Below are positions 12,701-23,074 of a stretch of 64,000 nucleotides of DNA, one piece after another; the stretch's first letter is position 1; every line of letters starts with the position of its first letter. The notes under the pieces were generated by a model. The model saw only the letters and a program-made list of their open reading frames with translations. It did no database searches and had not been told where the DNA came from. The position numbers and the translations under genes were made by a program. Origin of the DNA: Lingula anatina (taxonomy: Eukaryota > Animalia > Brachiopoda); contig CM120640.1 of NCBI GenBank assembly GCA_051362555.1, positions 38,025,967 to 38,089,966 on the forward strand, read 5' to 3'.

Positions 12701-13065
12701 TTGTTGCTTCAACTCGTTTACAGTTGGCTTCACAAGGTCAAAAATGTCAAACTGGACCAACTAGCCTCGGTCTCCCCTAATTGCTATTAGACTGGTTTTA
12801 TTCCAGTGTATTACGCTGTGTTGCGCAATTCAACTACATTTGGATGGAGTTTTGGAGATAGACATTCTACACTTTCTATTCAATTCTACGCCGTCTTGTC
12901 ATCGATAACTTACTCTGAACATTCTACTTTGACCGCTACTTTCTATTTTATGCTACACCGTCTTGTCACAGATAACTTACTCTGAAGGATTCTCTGCATA
13001 TTTCCCTCAAAATCCATAGCCCACTGATTTAAAGAACATGTTGCAACTATCACTTTTCTTCCCAT
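5310..13065 (-). CDS. NADSYN1: Glutamine-dependent NAD+ synthetase, first four coding exons (remainder probably left of the window)
   Basis: GT-AG exons 13065-12981 ([28 protein letters not shown]), 6229-6169 ([21 protein letters not shown]), 5926-5810 ([39 protein letters not shown]) and 5363-5310 ([18 protein letters not shown]) join in frame. They match the N-terminal glutaminase domain of NADSYN1. Exon 5 was not found in the window. Confidence 0.95.
6881..7901 (+). mobile_element. Non-autonomous hAT-superfamily DNA transposon (deletion derivative) in NADSYN1 intron 1
   Basis: Perfect 14-bp TIRs CAGGGCCGTAGCCT / AGGCTACGGCCCTG, flanked by TAACA on both sides. The remnant at ~7440-7672 ([36 protein letters not shown]) is a hAT C-terminal dimerisation domain. 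Confidence 0.88.
6916..7415. repeat. ~245-bp near-identical tandem duplication inside the hAT element
   Basis: 6916-7158 and 7170-7415 both read GGCAGCTGGGATTTGATCCCCCTGGG...AGCTATCCCCCAAGCTGT. Confidence 0.9.
7945..9135 (+). mobile_element. 5'-truncated CR1-group LINE (RT C-terminal half and 3' end), frameshifted
   Basis: [67 protein letters not shown] and [13 protein letters not shown]; short 3' UTR ending in a CAGATACAGAT tail. Confidence 0.9.
9214..9563 (-). mobile_element. Second, diverged 3' fragment of a related CR1-group LINE in opposite orientation
   Basis: Minus-strand [30 protein letters not shown]...[13 protein letters not shown] parallels 8800-9000 ([30 protein letters not shown]). 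It has the same 3' UTR and CAGATAC tail. Confidence 0.85.
9663..9700. repeat. (TTA)n microsatellite
   Basis: About 12 TTA units seen directly. Confidence 0.95.
10646..11088. mobile_element. ~440-bp GC-rich MITE-like element
   Basis: Terminal inverted repeats CTGTTTGCGTCCAAATTTT / AAAATTTGGACGCTAACAG (1 mismatch); interior rich in CTTGC motifs; no clear TSD. Confidence 0.6.
11740..12165. repeat. Dispersed repeat, copy 1 (inverted relative to 20690-21140)
   Basis: ATTACCTAATAAGGAAAT...TCACGCAAAGACAATGGAAA...TGATCAGTACGGAGAAAT is the reverse complement of sequence in 20690-21140. Confidence 0.8.
12410..12780. mobile_element. MITE remnants: TTCGGAC subrepeats, then a GGGGAG...CTCCCC-bounded element
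   Basis: Repeated TCGGAC(T/C)A units at 12410-12485; imperfect inverted ends GGGGAGCC (~12524) and GGTCTCCCCTA (~12770). Confidence 0.45.
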
Positions 13066-14275
13066 TTTAAAACCATTTGCCGAAAATACTTCGTGAGGTT
13101 ACACACCACACCTAAATTCGGTACACCACACCTAAATTCGGTGTGACGTGTACGGTCCGTTTCGCGTGAATCATCCGTCTTGACCGATTGTAGCCTACAC
13201 GCAGCGGACGCGTGTATGAGCCATTCCGTGAATGATCCGTTGTTATTCACCTGTACTGTTATATTCGGCTAGTTCCTACCTCATTATATATATATATATT
13301 TACTATGATGGGGATATTTCTAGGTAAAATTCTTGTGTTAATTTTGATAGAGAATCAGCGTCAAATTACAGTTCGGCGCATGAAACGGTGGAAAATGGTG
13401 GTAACCGCAACACAGGCCAGTTGTTAATAGATGGCGCAGCGAGTAGTTTTTAGAGGGCATTGTGCAAAGATGAAAGATCACCTTTGACAAGGTTTACAAT
13501 TGTATTTTTTATGGATTATGTGTTAATATATTTATTTTTTCTTTTTTACCTACAAAGTTTTGGTAATTTTTTCTCCTTGATTATATCGGCTGAAAGAGAA
13601 ATGTATAAAAATGAATTTGGAAAAAAGAAACGTTATTTTGAATTTTTGCCATGGTTTAGATCTCTTTTCAAAAATAAGTGAAAAATAAGAGGATTGTAAG
13701 GAGTAAACAGTTTCTGTATGTTTTGTTGATACTAAATAAGTTTCTTAAAAATGGTAAATATTTACTGGCCGTTGATGCTGTTTCCTTCTCATGCTCTGAG
13801 TAAACATAATGGAAACAGATGTGAAGAGTGACAAGCCCCCCCCCCCCCCCCCCCCCTTTATAATGGCCCATTCAAAGAATCCTGGATCCGCCCCTGGAGA
13901 TATCGATTTACGAATTATTGGCAGATTAAGATGAAAATGAAAAGTAGACAAAATTTGATAAACACTTTAAGTTACAAATTAATTAAAACATAATGGTTAA
14001 ACAAATCCATTCCTACTGTTTTGCTTGCAGATCAAGTTCGAAAACCATCTTGATCGTTTTAATTTTGATAAAGTTGTGCCTTTTTTAAATGAATTTTCCT
14101 CAGACTCGTTTTTAGGCATGTTAAAGGTCTCATTGTTGAACTAACCACTTACATATGTGTCCTTTTGACGTTTCTTTTCTGAATCTTAACAACTTTGATA
14201 GTTGATTATTTAAAATTATGATAAATTTTTTATTGTTTATTTTGCAATAATGTTTATTTTGTCAGATTCAATCCT

Positions 14276-14277
<2 letters not shown>

Positions 14278-14318
<41 letters not shown>

Positions 14319-14622
14319 CGGGGAGGGGGGTTATAATATTTTACAACTCCTGCGCTCGCTCTCAACATATGGAATATGTTACATTTGGGAGAAAACGTCA
14401 CGGCGGGCAGGGAATCTTTTTTTTTCTTTTTACTTAGGATAGACGACCGTCTATCCAAGCATTTACAAACCACATATATAGTCTCCTTGAGATTATGTTT
14501 TTAAAACACCCAACAAAATTGATTTGTTTTGTTCTTTTTTATTATATCATTTTATAGAGCAATTAAATAATTTATGAATTAAAGCAGATAGTCTGTTGAA
14601 AGACGAGAGAGAGAGAAAGAGA

Positions 14623-14700
<78 letters not shown>

Positions 14701-14702
14701 AA
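14278..14702. repeat. (GA)n and (GT)n microsatellite cluster
   Basis: (GA)n at 14278-14315; compound (GA)/(GT)/(GA) at 14605-14702. Confidence 0.95.
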
Positions 14703-15655
14703 GCGAGGGGTATAATCAGTGCCGGATTTAGAGGGGGGTCAGGGGGGGTCCTGACTCCCCCTTCGGTTTCTGCAAAATATATCACACCAATCTTTCCTTC
14801 TTGAAATTAGACCCTGCCTAATCCTCTTTCGAGATGGAGACTTATTGTGCCTCCAAATAAACCAGACTGTAATTCAAATGAAAATAATTTTAACAGCAAC
14901 CCCTCAATCAAAATGTGCCGAACCTGTTGTAATTTGCATAACAGTAAGTCGCTCAGCGCAGTACGCACTACTCGTATCTTCTTGACTGGTCACTTGACAG
15001 CTGCACACTATGAGGACAGGACGCTGATATGTGTGATGAAGTCGCACTGCGGCAGGGTCGAAATTTTCATTCAGCTTAGAAAATTGTACCAAATTTGTCA
15101 TGTGAGTAAAAGCTTTTCGTGTTTTTTACGAGTTCAAACTACCAGAAAATAAATTCAAGTTGGCCTAAGTAGTTGACTGGATTTGAGAAATGTTGCATAG
15201 TGATATTTTTAAAAATCTTGAAAAGCACATGCTGCCAGTAAAAACACAAATATAACATGAAGAAAGTTATATTAGATAGTTTGATTTTGGTGCCCAGATG
15301 CTGCCACTTCAATGTCACTCACTGTACGTAATTAGGCCACCTGAACACGTTTCGTATTTTTAACACTTTCATAGTACATGTACTTGATATATTAGTGTGA
15401 ATCGTGAGTGCTCAAGTTAAAGAGAAATTTGAGAAACCGATTTTTCAGCTTTTACCCCAAAATCTTATTATGACGTCTCCCGTAAGATGGCGTATGTGTA
15501 AATGTTAATTAATTACGTCACTAAACACACAAGATATATTAATTACCCAAAAGAATGTATGTAAGGCAGTAAATAAGGGGTTTTGGGCGAAGGGTGACAA
15601 TATCCTTAATTCCTTAGTCTTTGACTGGGTTTCTATACCTAGATCAATCTAACAG

Positions 15656-15844
15656 GATCGATTCATCTCCGAGGGTTTTCTCGCTAAATTGCTTTTAACT
15701 TAAGCGGCTTAGATGTCGTACGCGTACTGAAGTTGCTAAACAATAATTCATTACACCTTAGCAGCTTCACTAGGCGTGATAGACATCTAAGCCGCTTAAG
15801 TAGATTGCAATTTAGCGAGAAATCCCTCGGAGATGGATCGATCC
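15656..15844. mobile_element. Fold-back (hairpin) MITE core; related copies at ~12280-12355 and ~49420-49630
   Basis: GGATCGATTCATCTCCGAGGGTTTTCTCGCTAAATTGC...CTTAAGCGGCTTAGATGTC pairs with GACATCTAAGCCGCTTAAG...GCAATTTAGCGAGAAATCCCTCGGAGATGGATCGATCC. Confidence 0.8.
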
Positions 15845-17062
15845 ACAGTTAGTACAGTAGGGTCTGGAAACGGTCCCTTTACCTTGTAAACGCTTTCCAA
15901 AAGTATTGGCGGCATAATTTCTTGTGATTCTTCCCATGGTGAAATATCAAAATTATTTAATCTTATATACAAAACCCGTTTTTTAAATTTGGTTTTCAGT
16001 TAGCCTCAATGTGATTTTTTTCGGCATGGGCAGAGGTTTTTCCATTTTCAGTTAATCTAATCTTCATTCGGATTCTCTGCTTTCGAAGACTGAAATATCA
16101 CCATTTAAATGTCATTTTGATATTTCAGAACCGCAAACGCCTTTGCCGAGTTTCTGCAGAGTGCACGTGCGCCTGACTATTAGGCTTTCCTGGTCTCCGA
16201 GACGTATTTTAAAAGCTGCCTCAGATCCAGATTCATTCGCACCGCAGATGTTATATGTTGAAAATTGTACATGGTCTCTCTCTCTCTCTCTGTGATTTTA
16301 AAACACATAACAACATATTGAAACGGTGCTCTAAGATCGATCATGTTCTTTTTAGATTTTCAGTGTTTGCAAATAAATCACACATTTCAAAGTTGAGAGT
16401 AAAAGTGCAATTATTACGATGTTGAAGTTCGGGTAAGATTGTTTATTTAGCCAATCAACTACCTTATCATATTATTATAATTTACATTGTATAAGTCAAT
16501 TTTTATTGTTAATATTTACACTTGTGAATGACAAGCAATTTATGAAAATAAATGCGCTTTTTGGGGGTAGTTTTTGCTCAGTCTAAAATACACAGAATTA
16601 TAGTAAAATTGGTATGTACTGGATTTTTGAACCTGTACTATTCCCTACTTGAATGAATTTTTGTTCTCCAGATTAAATCTAAAAGTGCTTTTAAATTTTA
16701 AAATTGATGAAAAATTTGAAATTAACACAAAGCAGTTTCATTATAATGGCACGAATTATTAATTTGAGTAAATTATGAAGGTGCCAATTTTCAGATTTAT
16801 CATTTCCGGTTAAATATCGGCTGTCGGCCTATTCTTTGTCCAATGAATCCAGTTCTGTTAAAAGACTGTTCTATTTCCTCATTATCTAATATTATTTGAG
16901 CACATGAGTCCTCCAGTAAACATTTGTTTGTTCGTGGTTTTCTGTCATTAAAGATGCCATATAATAAATAATACATTGAAAATTTGGTCTTTGCTTGTAG
17001 ATTGAAATGAATGATATGAGTGAGAGAAAAAGCCGTCTTGTCTTTGGGCGAGTCTATCAAAT

Positions 17063-17850
17063 GTGAGGGGTGAAAGGTGGAACAAGTCCATTCGATTTCA
17101 GGGGTGTCATATGGGGCGAGTTCACTCTATTTTAGGGGTGACAGGTGGGGCGAGTTCATTCCATTTGAGGGGTGACAGGTGGAGAGATTCCATTCCATTT
17201 TATGGGTGACAGGTGGGGCGAGTTCATTCCATTTGAGGGGTGACAGGTGGGGCGAGTTCATTCCATTTGAGGGGCGACAGGTGGGGAGATTCCATTCCAT
17301 TTGAGGGGTGACAGGTGGGGAGATTCCATTCCATTTTAGGGGTGACAGGTGGAGCGAGTTCACTTTATTTGAGGGGTGACAGGTGGGGCGAGTTCATTCC
17401 ATTTGAGGGGCGACAGGTGGGGAGATTCCATTCCATTTGAGGGGTGACAGGTGGGGCGAGTTCATTCCATTTGAGGGGTGACAGGTGGGGAGATTCCATT
17501 CCATTTTAGGGGTGACAGGTGGAGCGAGTTCACTTTATTTGAGGGGTGACAGGTGGGGCGAGTTCATTCCATTTGAGGGGTGGGAGGTGGGGCGATTCCA
17601 TTCCATTTTGAGGGGAGTCGGGTGGGGCAAGTTCATTCCATTTAAGGGATGACAGGTGGGGCGAATTCATTCCATTTGAGGGGAGACAGCCGGGGCGAGT
17701 TCACTTGATTTGAGGGGTGACAGGTAGGACGATTCCATTCCATTTTAGGGGTGACAGGTGGGACGAGTTTACTTCATTTGAGGGGTGGCAGGTGAGGCCA
17801 TTCCATTCCATTTGAGTTTTGACAGGTGGGATTACCCCATTTCATTTGAC
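17063..17850. repeat. 34-bp G-rich minisatellite, ~23 copies
   Basis: Consensus GAGGGGTGACAGGTGGGGCGAGTTCATTCCATTT, head-to-tail with no unique spacers; edges degenerate. Confidence 0.95.
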
Positions 17851-19918
17851 ATGCCTGTTTCTATAAACAAATTTAAATCTTATGTATAGATTGCAAGATT
17901 GAAAATTTATACTTAATATTGAAATTTAGATATTCTTTCAGCAGGTCAGACCTTTAATGTCCAATTTTATATTCATTCCCCAAAGAAAATTACACACTTT
18001 TCTCGATTGAAAGCGAAACTGTTATCACAACTCTATAATATCTTCCCTTTCCCATTTAAATATTGCTGTACTGTGTATTTTCTATCAATATGAAAAAATA
18101 ACAAGGAATTATAGAAATATTTATTCGGGTTTGATATAAGAAATAAATGAAATTGAGCATGATATATGTCAACCAAAGACCTTGTTGTTGCAGGCCCGTG
18201 TTGCAGTTTCTCCGTGGGCTTCTGAAATAACAAAACAACGCATACAAATTTTGATTCAACTGACAGATTGAGATCATTTTGACTTATTCTCGAGAAGCGC
18301 ATAAGATCTTATTTGAACATTTTCTTTTAAACATATATGAAATAAATTACACATAACATGGATGAAAGTTTTAATCAAGTTTTAATATACATGTAGTTGG
18401 TCGTGTAATGGAGGAACAGAATACGGCACACTGGAGACGGTAGTCAACCGGCGTAAAACTTTCATGTGTAAACCATCGCTTTATTAGCAATTGACATGTG
18501 CGTGAACGTGTGTTGTATTATATTAAAAACACTTACCTTACAAAAAGATCTTTGACAGCATGAATGGATTGCCAAGGTCTAATCTGAAACAAGTAAGAGA
18601 ACGTTAATAGCTATGTAGACCCTTCTTGTAGTAGTTATAATAATAATAATAATGATAAAATGATTCATTCTAAAAATTGCTTATTTTTCCCGGGTGAAAT
18701 GATCAATCCATTACAGTACATAAATATAACCTAAAAGAAATCGTTAAAGCCATCGTAATTGTCTTCAAAAGTGACGGTTGAAATGTTAATTAAATTTGAC
18801 TTTAAAATTGTTGCCAGGGCAGGCTTCTTGTATCCAAAACTCAGAACTATGACAATAAGGTTAATATTATCTAAATGAATCGGTCTTTTTTGTGCAGCTA
18901 TGTTTATATTTACACGAAAACATTTTAATTTAAGTCACAAATGCGCTTTTAATTGCCAGGGGGTCATACAAAAAATTTTACACGTGCAGAAGTAAATATA
19001 GCTAGTTTGACAGATTTCAAGCAAACTTATTGTTTCATCAATGGTCAGCTGATAGCACCATTTCTCCTGTACGTTTGTAGTCCCAAAGCATTGTAACCAA
19101 CATATTCTGACATTGTGAGTGAATACGTACAAGTAACAATGGGCATAATACAACAAATCGCGCTACTAATATCTACAATAAATTTTCTCTCATTCGGTTG
19201 CACTTGTTTTATTGAGGGAGGTTATTGAAGAAGTAGTGCTACTTACCATATACTTGCTTCTACGTCTTATAAAAGCATGAACTTGTGAATTCACCACACA
19301 TAATGTTGCAACTTCACTCAACTGTGCCCAATTGCAGAGTGAGTATTCAGCTTGCACTTCGACGGGCAACTTATTGTTATGCAAATTACAACAGATTTGG
19401 CCCATTTTGGGTGAGAGGTTTTGGCTAACACTGCTCACAAATGTTCACTGTCAAATATTAACAGTACATTTTTGATACAACTGAAGTCCACTTGTTGTTA
19501 AAATACACTGCTTAAATACAAAAATTACTTTTAAAAATCATAATCGAATAAAGCGTTTTTATGACTCTGTCTATATCTTAAAACCCAAGATCCACAGTAT
19601 TTTGTATAATGAAGCCAATCAGTAGAAATAGTTTAATATGGGTAGGACAAATGGGTCCTTTCTATATAGGTCTAAATGCTCGCTAACATTGTCATCCCGA
19701 GCAAAGTTGTATTGGTCACACATGAATTTATTTTTACTTTGATACCATTCTTTCTAAATATTATGTAGGCTTTAAAGGAGAGAGGTTCGTTGAAAGAAAT
19801 ATTTTCAATGCATTAGTATATGGAGTTTCAGATTTGTGTGATTTCCAAAGGAGACAACAACGATTACATGGCCATTTTAACACCTTTTATCTGTTTTTTC
19901 TGTACGAAAGCCTGCAAT

Positions 19919-20210
19919 CAATGGCGGGTTTGGGGGGGGGGGGGGGGGTCAGGGGGGGTCCTAACCCCCCTTCGATTTCTGAAAAAAAATCACACCAGTG
20001 GTCCCCTCTTGAAATTTGAATTTTGACTAGCTGAATCACATAGTTCTAAACCGTACCAAATAGCACCGTTCGCCCTCTATCAAATTTTTTCGGGGCCCTT
20101 CAGCGGGCCTGTCAGCGGGCCCCGAACTTCTCGCCAAGGGGGGGGGGGGGGGGGGGGGGGGCTTCGCATCCGCGGACTCCCCCTTTCAAATAATCCTGGA
20201 TCCGCCCCTG
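19919..20210. mobile_element. hAT-like MITE of the CAG(T/G)GGCGGAT...ATCCGCCCCTG family
   Basis: Ends CAATGGCGGGTTT and TGGATCCGCCCCTG with poly-G/C tracts. Homologous to 21588-21832 and to partial copies at 11163, 13835-13896 and 14718. Confidence 0.75.
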
Positions 20211-20689
20211 CATTGTACTAGTGTAATTAATATTGATTAAATCAATATGTAAAGATATACATGTACATGCAAAATCACTGCTTTAATTGTACCATATTAT
20301 ATGGAGGCGAGGTGGGGACGGTGGGGGTTGGAGCTAGCGTACGTGTTTCCGCTACGACTCTCCTCCCCCCTCCCCCCTCCCGACCTGAGGCGGAGTCCTA
20401 TTAAAAAAAAGCCTGGTCAAGCATACTCGTTCACATGTTAAATCGAAATCTCATCTTTCACAGACAGGCATTTTATATGTCAAAAGATTCCATTACAACG
20501 AAATTGCCGGTAAGTATCGATCCATTGCAAAATCTAAGTCTATCCACTATTCAGTTTTCGAAAACATCAAATGAAAAAAATATTGCATTAAATTTGAAAC
20601 AACATTAAATGAAAAAAGAATATTGCATGAAAATTAGAAATAACACTGAATGGAAAAAAATAAAACTCCCTTAAAATTTGAAATAATAT

Positions 20690-21140
20690 TATAGTGAGGA
20701 ATGACGACAGCAGTCTGGAGCTTTCGAACGTTTATTCACCGACTCTCGCTTCATACAACTTCACAAATATTTATACTCAATTTCTCCGTACTGATCACGC
20801 ATTTTCTTGTTTTCTTTTCCATTGTCTTTGCGTGATTACAAAATATTTTCCATTCGCATGTTGCATGTCACCATGCAACATTTCCTTATTAGGTAATCCC
20901 GAAGAGACTTGTTTTCAATTAAAGATATCTAAAATATTATTTGGATTACTCATACTTGGGCCTTATCCAAAACTCAGTTATCATGTGATAAAAAGATGAT
21001 CAAAATTAAAATATGTTATGAAATTAAAAAATCACATTAACTGTTACTGACTTTGACCTTTTCCATCTTTTTCTGACACTAAAAACATGTTCTACACTTG
21101 TTGACTCTTGGAGAAACTTAACTTACACTCAATAACTCTC
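20690..21140. repeat. Dispersed repeat, copy 2 (inverted relative to 11740-12165)
   Basis: ATTTCTCCGTACTGATCA...TTTCCATTGTCTTTGCGTGA...ATTTCCTTATTAGGTAAT. Confidence 0.8.
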
Positions 21141-21587
21141 TGTCCTTTTACTCTTTTGATTCCGTTTTAATTGTTATCTGCAACTACTGAAAGTGCAAGT
21201 AATTTGCTTTACAACAATAACATTGAACAAAAAAAAAAAAAAAAAAGGCGTATAATAGTGCATGAAAATATGAAACATTGCATTACAAAAATTGAATGAA
21301 AAATCTATTTATTGAATATCGTAACACGTACCATGCCATAAAGGACCTCGCATGAGAGGCATCGGTAAGAATGAATCGTTATGTGCCGGTATAGATCGGT
21401 ATATAAATTTTCCAATTACCACCACAGCGCTAGAATTGCAAGTGCCAAGTTGTCACAAAAATTGAATAAATGATCATTAAAATTAAAAACCAAATAAAGA
21501 TAATGAATAAAAAAAATTAATTAAAACAAAATGATTTAAAAACAAAAAATAAAGATATTGTAAACAAAGCCATATCATCAATGTTCG

Positions 21588-21832
21588 CAGTGGCGGATTT
21601 GGAGAGGGGTCAGGGGGGTCCTGACCCCCCCCCCCCCCTTTTAGATTTCTGAATAAAATCACACTAATATTTCCCTCTTGAAATTAGAATTTTGACTAGT
21701 TAAATCATAGTTTTGAATCATACCAAATGGCACCGTTCTCCCTTCACGCACACCAGGGGTGGGTGGGGGGGGGGGGGAGGGTCGGCTTCGCACCGCGGAA
21801 CCCCCCTTCAAAGAAGCCTTGATCCGCCCCTG
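21588..21832. mobile_element. hAT-like MITE, same family as 19919-20210
   Basis: TIRs CAGTGGCGGAT / ATCCGCCCCTG; shared interior CCCTCTTGAAATT.GAATTTTGACTAG. Confidence 0.75.
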
Positions 21833-22018
21833 TGAATAGATATCCCGTGTGGAAGTTTTCAAGTGGGTCGACCATATTTCGACCTCGGACAAGTTAGTCC
21901 CCTATTCTGAATGGGACCATTTTCAGATAAACCTTAGATCTAATGAACGAATGCAACATTTCAGGGGTTGAAAGTTCCAATTCATTTAATTTGACACGTA
22001 GCCTACTGATCTAAATCG

Positions 22019-22609
22019 GGTACTTTTGTAGAATACCCCCCCCCCCCCCCCCCCCACCCTGTAACTTCCTGAAACTTTCATTTTTCAAACATTTTTTTTT
22101 ACATTGTCTTTTTCACCTATGTCAAAACTGTTGAAATGAAATGTTTTTGTTATTACCTGTGGTCTTTTTATTAGTTTTAATCACGTTTAATCCACCCCAT
22201 TGAAATACAATGTGAAAATTTACAGTGTACCCGCAGTCAATAACTTGCCGCGTTTTCGTTGGCTAACTCTACCTTATTTTATGTGAACATAGGATTGATA
22301 CATTGTATACTTGGACTTCCTCTGTGAAATTATTATGAGCTACTGCTTGTTCACATAAAATTACCTTAGAGTTAGCCAACGAAAACGCGGCAAGTTATTG
22401 ACTGCGGGTGTAAATTGAAGATTCTAACATTGTATTTCAATGGGCTGGATTAAACGTTATTAAAACTAATAAAAAGTCCACAGGTAATTACAAAAGCATT
22501 TTATTTCAACAGCTTTGACATAGATGAACAAGGAAATGTAAAAAAACTGTTTGAAAAGTGAAAGTTACAGAAAGTTACAGGGTGGGGGGGGGGGCGGTAC
22601 AAAAGTACC
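22019..22609. mobile_element. ~590-bp fold-back non-autonomous DNA transposon with ~250-bp inverted arms and a target-site duplication
   Basis: Ends GGTACTTTTGTA / TACAAAAGTACC. The inner arms ACCCGCAGTCAATAACTTGCCGCGTTTTCGTTGGCTAACTCTA pair perfectly. CTAAATCG is duplicated at 22011-22018 and 22610-22617. Confidence 0.9.
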
Positions 22610-23074
22610 CTAAATCGTTCCCTTGAAGCCGTAAACAGAAGCTTACAATTCGCTTGCTTGCTTCAAAGACCTCTCTGCACGTAAGTTACATTTTATTTTG
22701 TTTGAAATTACCCTTCCCTGTGTTTGCTTTCAACTGTTTTTTTTTTCAAGTGTGTTGCGGTGTATTGCGCAATTCAGCCCTTGTCTGCTATGCACCGATG
22801 CTACTTTTCGTTGTGACAAGACAACACTTTACACATTTTCACTAAGTTTGAACCGTGCAACGGGTGCGTATTTTAGTGCGACACATATTTTGCGGTAATC
22901 ATAATTTTTGAGATATTGCATTCAAATCAGGACAGGAATTCTATGTGACGTGAAAGACTATCTTGTTTACCAGAGTCACCTTTGGGGCCTTTAACGAGTA
23001 TCAGAAATCAACATCCGGAGGAAAACGGAAGGGAAAGATCACAGTGCTAGCTTCCATCTGTCTTAACCCTGACT

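Noticed and set aside
17127-17363. Repetitive 78-aa ORF
   Set aside because: Translation artefact of the minisatellite.
17063-17850. CRISPR-like array of ~34-bp repeats
   Set aside because: Units are contiguous with no unique spacers, there are no cas genes, and the context is eukaryotic; it is a minisatellite.
20138-20161. Long poly-G/poly-C runs (also ~6897, 13836, 19931, 22037)
   Set aside because: They are internal parts of MITEs, and homopolymer lengths are unreliable in assemblies.
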